Virus record (IMG/VR): IMGVR_UViG_3300033997_000077
Location: 1-64,000 of that record
Length of the DNA stretch: 64,000 nt
Strand: one strand, 5' to 3'
DNA from: a virus
The notes under the pieces are model-generated. The model did not search any database. It was not told the origin of the DNA and saw only the letters and a list, made by a program, of their open reading frames with translations. The position numbers and the translations under genes were made by a program. Position 1 is the stretch's first letter. Every line of letters begins with the position of its first letter. Of this stretch, positions 18,702 through 28,627 are shown piece by piece.

Positions 18702-19568
18702 ATGAAACGTTTTGAAGACGCAATCCATGAGCTGGCGACAGTCCGCGCCAAGAAGATCGAAGCCGCGCTGATGCAGGTGTACTACGGGGACGATTCACCA
18801 TACAGCCGTGACCAGCGTGTCGAGTTGTTCCGCGACAACATGCCTACTGAGCGCGACATGGAGCACCACACAGCAAGCGTGTTAGCCAACCACGTTGGGG
18901 TCAATGATCCACATCTGATCTCGCTGGTTGTTGACTCGTATCCCAACTACGGCTATCACTGTCTGGTGCATGGCGTACTTACAGCAATCGTGGTGCGTCG
19001 CCTGTGCGGGATCTACCTGCCTTACCACAACGACATAGCGCGCGTTGCGGTACTGGCTGCGCTGTTCCACGACTCGTTCCATACGCATGGGGCAATGTCT
19101 GACAGCGAGAACATTTTGCGCGCGCAACGTTACGTTCACAACGTTGTAGCGTTGCACGGTGATCGTCTCGGTTACCCGAAGCACACGGCGCATTATGTCT
19201 GCAACATGTTGGAGATCACGGAGTGGACTGCTGGGGCTTTCCCGCACGACATCCCCGCCAGCTCCATTGAACCATTGGGCCCAGTGGCATCGCGTGATGC
19301 GCAACTTGCGATGGCAATGCGTATCGTCGCAGAGGCAGATCTGATGATGTCAGCAACTCCGCTGTGGCCTGCGCTCGGCAGCATGGTCGCTCTGGATATG
19401 TCGACCGCCAACGGCAACGATGCAAACTTGGACGTCGAGCAGTTCTGCCGCACGCAAATCCGCTTCATTGAACGCACGTGCATGATGCGTTTGCAGTTGC
19501 GCGAGACGCGAGAAGCTGCACTGGCTGTCGCCGATCTGCACCGTACTGTCATGGACATGCACTCCTAA
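18702..19568 (+). CDS. HD-domain metal-dependent phosphohydrolase
   Basis: YH...HG, AALFHDSFH, D.EN and distal EADL. Confidence 0.8.
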   Translation: MKRFEDAIHELATVRAKKIEAALMQVYYGDDSPYSRDQRVELFRDNMPTERDMEHHTASVLANHVGVNDPHLISLVVDSYPNYGYHCLVHGVLTAIVVRRLCGIYLPYHNDIARVAVLAALFHDSFHTHGAMSDSENILRAQRYVHNVVALHGDRLGYPKHTAHYVCNMLEITEWTAGAFPHDIPASSIEPLGPVASRDAQLAMAMRIVAEADLMMSATPLWPALGSMVALDMSTANGNDANLDVEQFCRTQIRFIERTCMMRLQLRETREAALAVADLHRTVMDMHS

Positions 19569-19578
19569 CCAGTAGAAC

Positions 19579-19604
19579 AAGGGCCTGCGTTTGCGGGCCC
19601 TTTT
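19579..19604 (+). terminator. Rho-independent terminator
   Basis: AAGGGCCTGC-GTTT-GCGGGCCCTTTT. Confidence 0.7.
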
Positions 19605-19613
19605 CGCATTCAA

Positions 19614-19623
19614 ACGCTAATTT
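19614..19623 (+). promoter_or_regulatory. candidate late-promoter motif ACGCTAATTT
   Basis: Identical 10-mer at 3032. Both copies directly follow a terminator and TTTCGC. Confidence 0.45.
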
Positions 19624-19670
19624 ACCATCGACGTCAAAATGTGTTTAATCAACGTTGATTGGAGGCAAGA

Positions 19671-20066
19671 ATGCCAGATCCCAAGAAGCAACGTTTATAC
19701 AGCGTTGCAACTTACGACAAGCGACTTGCAGCGGCCAAAGCGAAAGGCCGTGAGTTGGTGGCGAAGCGTAAGGGCCTTGTTGCGTCTCGTAACAAGGTCG
19801 ACAACATCGTCAAGCTCATGGAGCAACGCCGCAAACTTGTTCGTGACGGTGCTCGCGCCGAACTCAAAAAGTTCGACGAGAAGAACAAGGAATACCTCGG
19901 CAAGAATCCGCGCCCGCTCAAGGACACCAAAGCGCTTTCCAAGAAACTGGTAAGCCGCCTGAACATCACCCGCAAGTCCATCGAAAGCCTGCGTAATCGT
20001 GTCTCCCTGTTGAACGCGAAGCGTGCTGAAGCCTTGGCCCGTGCGCGTGCGAAGAAGCGGAAGTGA
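19671..20066 (+). CDS. highly basic coiled-coil protein (possible DNA-binding/condensing virion protein)
   Basis: GGAGG RBS then ATG 19671. Very K/R-rich and helical. Confidence 0.7.
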   Translation: MPDPKKQRLYSVATYDKRLAAAKAKGRELVAKRKGLVASRNKVDNIVKLMEQRRKLVRDGARAELKKFDEKNKEYLGKNPRPLKDTKALSKKLVSRLNITRKSIESLRNRVSLLNAKRAEALARARAKKRK

Positions 20067-20554
20067 TCATGACGGTTCCAGCTCACGCCGTTGTCGTCAT
20101 GGACTTCGAAGAAGGGTTTCGCCCCAAAGCGTACTACGATACGAAAGGTTTCCCGACCATTGGCTCGGGATTTCTGCTTTGTAGGCTGAATGCTCCGCTC
20201 GCCCACTACGCAAACTTCAGCATGAGTCGGAAAGTATCTCACATGATGCTGAGTGAGCTTTCCGAAGAGTACGTGCAGCAGGCAGAAGCAAAGTTGACTG
20301 CTGCGTGGAACCAGATGAATGATGATCGGCGCGCTATCGTCGTGTCCATGATTCACCAGCTGGGAATTTCCGGCGTGCTCGGTTTCGGTCAGTTTCTGAA
20401 AGCGGCTGCCGCTGGTAACTGGCGCGAAGCCTACAACCAAATGCTGGATAGCAAATGGGCCAAACGCGATACTCCGGAACGCGCGCAACGACACGCTCTG
20501 GTTATGTATCACGGTTCTATTCCCCAAGTTTACAACGGAGTATTGAAGCTATGA
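20063..20554 (+). CDS. T4-like lysozyme (GH24 muramidase)
   Basis: Catalytic E-x8-D-x5-T in FEEGFRPKAYYDTKGFPTIGSG; also MLDSKWAK.TPERA.R. Confidence 0.9.
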   Translation: MIMTVPAHAVVVMDFEEGFRPKAYYDTKGFPTIGSGFLLCRLNAPLAHYANFSMSRKVSHMMLSELSEEYVQQAEAKLTAAWNQMNDDRRAIVVSMIHQLGISGVLGFGQFLKAAAAGNWREAYNQMLDSKWAKRDTPERAQRHALVMYHGSIPQVYNGVLKL

Positions 20555-22209
20555 GTAATGTTCCGCATAGCTCGGCTGGTGTGTATACCAAGATCCGAGA
20601 TTTCTCTCGCCTCAACGTCATCAACAGCGGCCTTCGTGTCGCAATGGTTGGTGAAGCAGAGCGCGGCCCCGTCAACATGCCGTTCCGCACGCTGACTGGC
20701 GACGACTGGACTGACTACTTCGGCAAGCGCAACCACAAGAACTTCGGTTTCATGGGCGCGTTCGCTGAGCTGGTGCACAAGTTCACTAACCAGCTCCACA
20801 ACCTGCGTCTCGCTCCCGAAGCGCGCTACGCTGTGTTGACCTGCTCCACCGATGATCCGAAAGCCAACGTGCCGAAGATCAACCTGTCCCCGCGCACCAA
20901 CGCCAACGGCGAAGTCGAAGGCGTGTTGTCTCCGGACGAAATCGGCTGGCTGCCGGACGACCCGCTGATCGATACCGTGCTCGGTTGCTTCTTCCAAGCG
21001 AATCCGGGCGATTGGGCTGAAGGCACTCTGGTGTTCGTGCAGCCGTCAGTACCCAAAGGTCTCGACCCCATCAAGAACCGCAACGAGTACGACCCGACGA
21101 TCTTCCGCGTGCAGATCTTCGAGAACTACGTCGCGGGCGCGATGCCTACTGAAAGCCACCTCGTTACCTTCGACCACTACGTCGACGGCGAGAACCGCCA
21201 GTACGAGATCACCGAAGTTCTGGAACGCGACAGTAAAGTGCTGCGCTTCAAGCGTAACAAACGCTGTCCTGCCGTTCCCGTCCTGCGCACTGCGAAGTCC
21301 GACCTGCGTGGCGGTACTCGCGGACGTCGTGCGACCAGCGACGAAATCGCAGTAGCCTACACCAAATTCTTCAGCGATCCTGAGCAACTGTCTCCGCATC
21401 TGCTGCTGAACTGCCAAGGTCACGATCATATCGTGCACCGCGCAATGGTTGCGGCGTCTGCTGTCCATAACAACTGCCGTGCTTTCCTGCACATTGCTAA
21501 CGACAAGCATGCTGTGCGCGAAGCTGTGAAGTATCGTGAACAGACTCTCAACTTGGACACCTACTACGGTGCCCTTTACGTCGGGGACTTCTTGGTCTTC
21601 GATGATCAAGAAGCTCGCAAGGTCTATGTGCCAGTGGTTGCTTTTGCTGCTGGTGCGTATGCTGCTGCAAACTTTGTGCGCGCTCCTGCTGGTCTTCGCA
21701 TGAGTGAACACATCAAGGTGCTCGGCACCAACATCGTCTACGATCAGCCGATGCGTAACGTGCTGACCAACGCCCAGATCAACTACGCCCGCAAGATGCC
21801 GGACGAGATTGGCGGCAGCTTTGCCATCTGGGAACAGCTCACCCTGTACCGTCGCCCGTCCGCGCTGCGTAACATCAACGCAAGTGCTGTGAGCGGTCGC
21901 GTTCTGGAACTGGTTGCCTCCCGCGCCAAGTACGGCCTCTTCGATCCCAACGACATTGTGCTCCGGCAGGATCTGAAAACCAAGGCGACCGACGAGCTGA
22001 CTGCACTGAACCTGCTCGGTGCGTTCAACACTGTGGACGGCGCAACTCCGTTCGAGGTTATCTGTGACCACACCAACAACCCGAACACCGCTATCGCTAA
22101 CGGTGATCTGATTCTGGACGTGATCATCGACCCCGCGAACTCAGTGCGTCGGATCTTCTTCCGCTACAACATCAATCCGAAGGGTTCTCGGGTCACCGAA
22201 ATCCAGTAA
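20551..22209 (+). CDS. contractile tail sheath protein 1
   Basis: ATG 20551. SAGVY..I.D, GEAERGP, APAG, IWEQLTL, F(D)PND and VICD..NN......G.L..DV.I.P. Confidence 0.85.
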   Translation: MSNVPHSSAGVYTKIRDFSRLNVINSGLRVAMVGEAERGPVNMPFRTLTGDDWTDYFGKRNHKNFGFMGAFAELVHKFTNQLHNLRLAPEARYAVLTCSTDDPKANVPKINLSPRTNANGEVEGVLSPDEIGWLPDDPLIDTVLGCFFQANPGDWAEGTLVFVQPSVPKGLDPIKNRNEYDPTIFRVQIFENYVAGAMPTESHLVTFDHYVDGENRQYEITEVLERDSKVLRFKRNKRCPAVPVLRTAKSDLRGGTRGRRATSDEIAVAYTKFFSDPEQLSPHLLLNCQGHDHIVHRAMVAASAVHNNCRAFLHIANDKHAVREAVKYREQTLNLDTYYGALYVGDFLVFDDQEARKVYVPVVAFAAGAYAAANFVRAPAGLRMSEHIKVLGTNIVYDQPMRNVLTNAQINYARKMPDEIGGSFAIWEQLTLYRRPSALRNINASAVSGRVLELVASRAKYGLFDPNDIVLRQDLKTKATDELTALNLLGAFNTVDGATPFEVICDHTNNPNTAIANGDLILDVIIDPANSVRRIFFRYNINPKGSRVTEIQ

Positions 22210-22220
22210 GAGGGTAATCC

Positions 22221-22856
22221 ATGGAACTCAAGTTAGAGAAATACATCGCTGCACTTGAGTTGACTACGAACATTCACCGCCAACAAGAAGCCCCGATCAT
22301 CGTTCGCCTGACGGACGATGCTACGGGCAAGGCGACTGTCGTGTGCTGTTCGTATCATCAACCCAAGTACGTGCTGCTGCCGATTCAGGCTATCTGGATT
22401 GACTTCAATCCGGACTCCGACACCTACCAGCATGCGTACCTTCGTACCAAGAAAGGGGCGACTCCAGCTGAAGACGAGTGGAAGGTTCTTTACTTCTACG
22501 CCGACGCGTTCCCCGATCAGCAGTACGATCCGGAAGACACTGGCATGATTTCGATCTCGCTGCCGCCGCCCGCTACCCAGCAGGTGCACGGCATCGGCTA
22601 TCTGTCTGCGCCGGAACCTGATTCCAAGGTTGTCGTTGCTGGCGACTCGCGTCTCACTGACACTCGGGATCCTCTCCCGCACATGGAGATGCACCCCGAG
22701 AAGCCTGCAACGATCATTCGTACAGGCGATGGCACTTCGGTGAAGATCGCAAGTCAGGTTGCCCCGCGTCTCAGCGACACTCTGGTTGCTGACGTCGTTG
22801 AAGGCGTTCCCGTCTACACGTGGCGTCACCTGAAAGAAAGCGATTTGGAGGTCTGA
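22221..22856 (+). CDS. tail-associated structural protein, paralog 1
   Basis: W.D.NP.S.TY and DSRLTD.R.PLPH.EMHPEKP are shared with the next two genes. Confidence 0.7.
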   Translation: MELKLEKYIAALELTTNIHRQQEAPIIVRLTDDATGKATVVCCSYHQPKYVLLPIQAIWIDFNPDSDTYQHAYLRTKKGATPAEDEWKVLYFYADAFPDQQYDPEDTGMISISLPPPATQQVHGIGYLSAPEPDSKVVVAGDSRLTDTRDPLPHMEMHPEKPATIIRTGDGTSVKIASQVAPRLSDTLVADVVEGVPVYTWRHLKESDLEV

Positions 22857-23464
22857 TGAACATTCGTGAAATGGCGCAGGCCATCCTTACCGTAACTGGT
22901 TACACCGTCGGGCAGAGCGCAAAGATCTTCCGTCAGTACAACGCAGTGCTGAACAACAGCGCTATGGTGTGGGTATCTGACGAAGAGCCGACGCGCATGC
23001 TGCCGCTCAACGTTGTGTGGCTGGACATGAACCGTGACCGCGATACCTACATGAAGTTCGTGCGTCGTGTCAGCAAGGTTCCGAGCAACGGGCTGAACAA
23101 CACGTGGGAACTGGTAGAGCGCGTCGAGAGCATTTGGTCTGCGCAATACTACGACGCCGCTGACGGAGATCCGAGTGTTGGCAATGTCGACATCGCGACC
23201 ACCGAACGTTACGGCATCGCCAAGCTCAACCATCCAGCCACTCAAGAGACTGCGCCTGCATTCGTTGCAGCGAGTGACCCGCGTCTTACCGACGAGCGTT
23301 ACCCGCTGCCGCACGACGAGATGCACCCAGAGAAGCCGCTCGTCGATGTCATCGGCGTGGTCAACATGGACAACGGTGCTGCGGTACAAGGTGCAACCTT
23401 CGTCGCAGCCTCTCCCAATTCAGCTGACCAGCGCAAACTGGCCCGCACTGAAATCACGGGGTGA
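22856..23464 (+). CDS. tail-associated structural protein, paralog 2
   Basis: TGATG overlap, ATG 22856. Contains DPRLTDERYPLPHDEMHPEKP. Confidence 0.7.
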   Translation: MNIREMAQAILTVTGYTVGQSAKIFRQYNAVLNNSAMVWVSDEEPTRMLPLNVVWLDMNRDRDTYMKFVRRVSKVPSNGLNNTWELVERVESIWSAQYYDAADGDPSVGNVDIATTERYGIAKLNHPATQETAPAFVAASDPRLTDERYPLPHDEMHPEKPLVDVIGVVNMDNGAAVQGATFVAASPNSADQRKLARTEITG

Positions 23465-23466
23465 TT

Positions 23467-26400
23467 ATGGAATTGCTCAACAAAGCCATTGCGCGTTGGT
23501 ATGATCTGGCACGTGTGCGGGGCTGTAATCCCGCACATCCAGTCCAGCTGACGCAGATGGAGAACGACACTGAGACCGCACGTGCTTTCATCATCGTGTG
23601 CTCTTTCACTGAGCCGACTTTCAGTGAAGTTCCCTACAATACGTTGTGGTTGAACATGAATCCGGGTTCGCCCGAGTTCCGTTCACTGCGCCGCCGCACC
23701 AGTCACAGCACTGACGGCGTGCACCGTGGCACGTGGGAAGAGATCACTGAGCTGGCCCAGATTTATCTGGTCGATCAGTTCTTCCGTTTCGTTGTCGAAA
23801 ACTCGGCCGACGTTGGTCTCGACCCTGCTGACACCACCATCCCGCACGCTACGCCGAAAGTAATGGGCGTCGTGCAGCTGGAAGCCGAACAGGCCGACGC
23901 GGTTGTCGTGGTATCCAACCATCCGGCAATGTCGGACAAGCGCTACCCCAACGATCACGACCATCCGGACTACCCGCGCAAGCTGGTGAAGATCAGTGCG
24001 ACGCACTACGCGATCATCGAAGGCAACGCTCCGGTGGCTGGCGACATTCTGTATCTGGTGCGCGCCCACCCGACCGACCGCAACGTGTATTACGCACGCT
24101 GGGGCAAGCCATCCATCGAGCACATCGACTGGGTAAGTCCGCGTCTCGAACGCGTAATCATTAGCCTGCCGGGCAATGCGTCGTACATGAACGACAACGG
24201 CACGATGGATCTGATCGGTACGGCGGTTTGGACTGACCGCACTGAGGTAGACCCTGAAGGTCTGGTGTGGAGCATTCAGCAAAACACCGTCGGCGTCACC
24301 ATCGATCCGGTTACTGGTGTCGTCACCTGTCCGAAGCTGCAATTCGATACCGACCTGCTGGTGAAAACCAAGCTGCGCGACGTCGTGTTCAACAAGTGGG
24401 TGGAAGCCGAGTACCTGCTGCGCATCATCGTGAAGTCCACTGTCGTAACTCTGGTCAGCATCGAGATCGTCGGCGTCACTGAAATGATGCCTGCGGATCA
24501 GACCACGTTCGGCGTCGTCGGCCACTACAGCGACGGCAGCAGCGCGGCTCTGGTTCCCGACACGTTCGCATCGAACAACAGCAACGCTCTGACCCTGAAC
24601 GGTTTCATCGGTGTTGCGAAGCGTGTGACCAGTGACACCGTGGTAACGTTGTCCGCTGTGAAAGACGGTTTGACCGACACCCACGACGTTCTGATTCGCC
24701 AGTTCAAACCCGTGACCCTCACCATTCAAGGTGCTGCGGTTATCGACGAGCTGACCGAGCAGGCGTATGCGTTCTACGTTGCGTACAACGATGGCACTCA
24801 GGAACAGACCACCGTCGACTCCTTCAAGTGTGACAACCCGAAAGGCGTTGTGACTGGCAACAAGGTTGCCGCCGCTGAAGTCGTTGTCGATGAAGCTGCA
24901 ATCCTGACCGCCACCAAAATGGTCAACGGTGTTACGGTATCCGCGACCAAGAACATCACGCTCCGCAACGTCAGCAACCCGCCGACCAAGATTCCGGAAT
25001 CCATTCTGGTATCCGGCGCGACTCTGGTGCAGGAAAAGACCAGCTCTACCTACACCGCCAAGGTTGTCTACAGCGACGGCAGCAAAGAAGACCTGAAGCC
25101 TGCGGAACTCACCACGTGGGAAACGCTGGTCGGCACCATCGCGGCATCCGGCGCGTCCGGTGTGTTCACTGCGCCCGAAGTCACAGTCGACACTCCGAAC
25201 ACTGTCACCTGTAAGGCGACCGTTGCGGGCTATGCGATTCAGGGCCACCTCGATCTCATGGTCAAGAACGAAGTCACCATCACGCTTGAGAGCATCGTGA
25301 TCACAGGCGCGGTAACCGTGGACGAAGGCAGCAGCACGCAGTATCAAGCTGACGCGTACTTCACGGACGGCAGCGTGCGCGGCGTTGCGCCCGGCGAGAT
25401 GGAGCAGTGGCAGGTAACTGGCACCAGCACGATCACCAACGCTGGTATGCTGACTGCTCAGCAGGTAACGCAAGATACGTTGGTCACCATTTCTCTGCGC
25501 GCTAACATCGGCGGCGTAGTGAAGACCGACACTCACGACGTGACCATCAAGGATCGCGCTGTGATTCCGGCGTCCATGCAGATTCTGGGCCCGACCACTG
25601 CCAACGAGAACACCACGTCTCAGTACAGCGGTCAGATTACCATGAGTGACGGCAGCAAAGTTGCTCCCGACTCCATCACTTCGTGGGCAATCAAGTCCGG
25701 CGTCGGCACTATCTCCGCTGCGGGTCTCGCAACGTGGCCGAAAGTTCTGGCGAACACTCCGTGCGTCATTGAACTGAAAGCCATGAAGTCCGGTCAAGCA
25801 TTCACTGCGACGCTGAACGTGAACATCATCAACTTGGGCAACATCGTTTCCGTTGCTCTGTTGGGCCCAGCGCAGATCACCGAAGGCCAGACTGGCGCGT
25901 ACACGATGGAAGCGACGCTCGAAGATGGCACCAAGTCCACCTTCAACACGCCCGCCCTGTCGTTCGTCACACCAACCAGCAACGCGACCATCAGCGGCAA
26001 CGCTGTAATCGCCGCGCAGGTTTCGGCTGACGTGCCGTTGACCATTCGTGGTACGGTTACCGCCGAAGGCAAGAGCTGGACTGCGGACAAGGACATCGTA
26101 ATCAAGAACGTCCCGATTACGTTGGGGTCTATCGTCATTCAGGGCCCGACCACTACACCGGAAAGCACCGCAACCGCAACTTATACTTGCGTTGCTACCA
26201 TGAGCGACGGCAGCACCAAGAACGTCAACCCAACGTGGAGCATTAGCAACGCGGGCGGTCTGACTGGTGTGTCCATCTCTGCTTCCGGCATCCTGACGGC
26301 TCCGGCAGTTACTGCAAACACCAACATCGTCATCACTGCAACTTACGTTGAAGGCGGTGTAACGAAGACGGCGACCAAGACTGTGACCATCACCGACACC

Positions 26401-26832
26401 AGCGTTCCTCCGATTGGAGAATCCAAAATCAAGTTCGGCATCATCCCGCGCGTGAACAGTCCCTCTGGGTTCAACAAGGCTTTCCTCGATAGCCTGACTC
26501 AAGAACTCACTGGCACTGTGTCTGATCGGATTTACATGCCGAAGAACTCGTCCACTATGGCTAACGACAAGTGGGGCTACTTCGCGATGCCGAAGGCCAA
26601 GTGCGGGTACGCTTACGTGCGGTCTGTTGACATCAACGGGCAGTACGGTTTCGCTGGTTCGTGGGACGGCGCGAAAGATTATCCGGACGCATGGGACTTC
26701 ACTGGCCCGTGGGAAGGGAAGATCGATGGCGTTGACTACGTTGTGTATCGTAACGACTTCCCGTTCGAAGACGTCGACTACACCTACGAGTTCAAGTACC
26801 ACGCAACTGATCCGATGTCTGGCAACCCATAA
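23467..26832 (+). CDS. Ig-like repeat virion filament/fibre protein (paralog 3 N-domain plus ~8 Ig-like repeats)
   Basis: Repeated ~90-aa units [LP].S..I.G...V.E...Y...[YF].DG[ST]; T/V-rich. Confidence 0.8.
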   Translation: MELLNKAIARWYDLARVRGCNPAHPVQLTQMENDTETARAFIIVCSFTEPTFSEVPYNTLWLNMNPGSPEFRSLRRRTSHSTDGVHRGTWEEITELAQIYLVDQFFRFVVENSADVGLDPADTTIPHATPKVMGVVQLEAEQADAVVVVSNHPAMSDKRYPNDHDHPDYPRKLVKISATHYAIIEGNAPVAGDILYLVRAHPTDRNVYYARWGKPSIEHIDWVSPRLERVIISLPGNASYMNDNGTMDLIGTAVWTDRTEVDPEGLVWSIQQNTVGVTIDPVTGVVTCPKLQFDTDLLVKTKLRDVVFNKWVEAEYLLRIIVKSTVVTLVSIEIVGVTEMMPADQTTFGVVGHYSDGSSAALVPDTFASNNSNALTLNGFIGVAKRVTSDTVVTLSAVKDGLTDTHDVLIRQFKPVTLTIQGAAVIDELTEQAYAFYVAYNDGTQEQTTVDSFKCDNPKGVVTGNKVAAAEVVVDEAAILTATKMVNGVTVSATKNITLRNVSNPPTKIPESILVSGATLVQEKTSSTYTAKVVYSDGSKEDLKPAELTTWETLVGTIAASGASGVFTAPEVTVDTPNTVTCKATVAGYAIQGHLDLMVKNEVTITLESIVITGAVTVDEGSSTQYQADAYFTDGSVRGVAPGEMEQWQVTGTSTITNAGMLTAQQVTQDTLVTISLRANIGGVVKTDTHDVTIKDRAVIPASMQILGPTTANENTTSQYSGQITMSDGSKVAPDSITSWAIKSGVGTISAAGLATWPKVLANTPCVIELKAMKSGQAFTATLNVNIINLGNIVSVALLGPAQITEGQTGAYTMEATLEDGTKSTFNTPALSFVTPTSNATISGNAVIAAQVSADVPLTIRGTVTAEGKSWTADKDIVIKNVPITLGSIVIQGPTTTPESTATATYTCVATMSDGSTKNVNPTWSISNAGGLTGVSISASGILTAPAVTANTNIVITATYVEGGVTKTATKTVTITDTSVPPIGESKIKFGIIPRVNSPSGFNKAFLDSLTQELTGTVSDRIYMPKNSSTMANDKWGYFAMPKAKCGYAYVRSVDINGQYGFAGSWDGAKDYPDAWDFTGPWEGKIDGVDYVVYRNDFPFEDVDYTYEFKYHATDPMSGNP

Positions 26833-26843
26833 GGAGAAAGCGT

Positions 26844-27659
26844 ATGCCGATTTCAATGTCGGCATTCCTTCTGCCTTCAAACGCGGCTGTGCCGTTTCTC
26901 GTCGAAGACATTTATGTCAAAGGTGGATTTCAAGTGAAGTCCACCTTCGCCGAGCTTGCGAAGATACACCCGTTCGCGAAGAAGGTGGGGATGCTCGTTT
27001 ACGTAATCGCTGACGACAAGATCTACAAACTCCAACCAGACAAGACGAACTGGGAAGAGTTTAAGATGGGCATGAGTGAAGAGGACGTGAAGAAGCTGAT
27101 TGAAGGCATGGATACTGGAGACAAGATAGGTGCAGAGTTGCCGATCCTCCTGACGCCTGTCGACAAGAAGCAAATCATCTCTCTGCACAACAGCCAGAAG
27201 ATCCCGCCATCGCCCGGCGCTGGTTACACGTTGATGTCCGGCCCTAACGGTACGTTGATGTGGATTGACACTAGCGGCCAAGATAACGCTGGTAAACGCT
27301 CGACGGTCGAGTACGAAGCTCCAACGTACTTGCAGCCATCGCAGACGCACGACTTTTCTATCAAGGCGTCGCGGGCTGTGCTGCTAATTGACGTAATTTT
27401 AAATGCGGTAGACATCGACTTTCAGATTTTCTCTACCGGTGCCTACGATGATGAAAACCCATATCGTTTCGTGAGCGGCGTTGACGTCATGTCCGATCAG
27501 GGTATCACGGTGCAGGATGGCAAGAAGGTCAAGCACCGACGCTACGCGTTCTTCGTCAATCGTACTCCCGCCTCTGACCAGCTGCATTGCCGCTTCACTA
27601 ACGTGGGTGCCGCAGCCAGTCAGCCGAAGGTAACGATCAACTATCTGGTTTTGGAGTAA
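26844..27659 (+). CDS. putative tail/fibre-associated structural protein
   Basis: AAGGAG RBS. KGG...GMLVYV..D.KIYKL...W motif; lies in the structural operon. Confidence 0.65.
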   Translation: MPISMSAFLLPSNAAVPFLVEDIYVKGGFQVKSTFAELAKIHPFAKKVGMLVYVIADDKIYKLQPDKTNWEEFKMGMSEEDVKKLIEGMDTGDKIGAELPILLTPVDKKQIISLHNSQKIPPSPGAGYTLMSGPNGTLMWIDTSGQDNAGKRSTVEYEAPTYLQPSQTHDFSIKASRAVLLIDVILNAVDIDFQIFSTGAYDDENPYRFVSGVDVMSDQGITVQDGKKVKHRRYAFFVNRTPASDQLHCRFTNVGAAASQPKVTINYLVLE

Positions 27660-27662
27660 TAA

Positions 27663-28616
27663 ATGCCTCACGTCATTAAAAAGGATGTGATCGGTATGCA
27701 GGGCCTCGCGCGCACCATTGCGCGTGAGCTTGCTGGGCTCGGGTTCACGGTTACCAACGTCGATGGCGTTGCAGCTAACGCAGTTCTCGATGATAGCAGC
27801 CGCATTGTGTTGAGTGCGGGCCCGACAATCGATCCGAAGTTCAACAACGAGCCGTGGTCGGTTGTGGTCGAAGGCCACGATCTTGACCGCTGGGTTTCGC
27901 TGAACGTTGTCCCCACTCCGCAGATTTCCGACGACGGCAAGGTGGCGAAGATTGACGCCAACGCTGAAGCCGGACGCCTGTCAGTGGACAACCTTATCAA
28001 GCGCTACTTCGTGTCGTTCGACACGTGGGGCATTTCTAAGGAAGCCGACTACTCAGCCGTTCCCCTGACCCTGTTCATCTCAACATCCGACCACGGGTTC
28101 ACGTTGCACGTCGCAGCCGATTCTCTGGACAACACTGGCAAAGCATTCAGCTGGGCCGTTGTTCAACGTCCGGTGCTCGAAAGCTCGATGGCAGTTCCCG
28201 CTGGCCCTGCTCCGTTGTTCGCGGTGTTCCGCGCAGAAGGCGACGGGGATCCCGATGTCTTGAACGACAAAGAGATCCAGCGCATCACTGTGCGCGAAGC
28301 AGACATCCATGCGGCGGCCAAAGCCGTAACCGCGTGCAGCTTTGCTCCCGACGTTGCTCCCATCATCAACTCGATGCAGCAGGTTTCGGTCACGGTAGAT
28401 AACAACGCCGTCGTGTCGTTCCCGCAACGGATCAACACTCACCGTCACGTGTACGCTCTGATGTTGGATATGCTCGGTTACACCAGCGCCGACATTATGA
28501 GTTCCGCAAGTGACGTACCTATTGCGTTCGCTGGTGTTCCGCAGCGCACGTATAAAGCAATGAACGCGAACGGTGCCAACAACCGTGGGCTCCGCGTTTT
28601 GTTCCCTACTGACTAA
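27663..28616 (+). CDS. putative tail structural protein, paralog of 28628
   Basis: Shares PTPQI.DDG.V.K, S.SDHG, QR, APLF, R.TVRE.D and N..QQVS with the next gene. Confidence 0.7.
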   Translation: MPHVIKKDVIGMQGLARTIARELAGLGFTVTNVDGVAANAVLDDSSRIVLSAGPTIDPKFNNEPWSVVVEGHDLDRWVSLNVVPTPQISDDGKVAKIDANAEAGRLSVDNLIKRYFVSFDTWGISKEADYSAVPLTLFISTSDHGFTLHVAADSLDNTGKAFSWAVVQRPVLESSMAVPAGPAPLFAVFRAEGDGDPDVLNDKEIQRITVREADIHAAAKAVTACSFAPDVAPIINSMQQVSVTVDNNAVVSFPQRINTHRHVYALMLDMLGYTSADIMSSASDVPIAFAGVPQRTYKAMNANGANNRGLRVLFPTD

Positions 28617-28627
28617 GAGGTTCCATC

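Noticed and set aside
23683-26880. 1065-aa minus-strand ORF
   Set aside because: It is the antisense shadow of the Ig-repeat gene, explained by codon bias. It has no recognisable motifs, and all credible genes are on the + strand.
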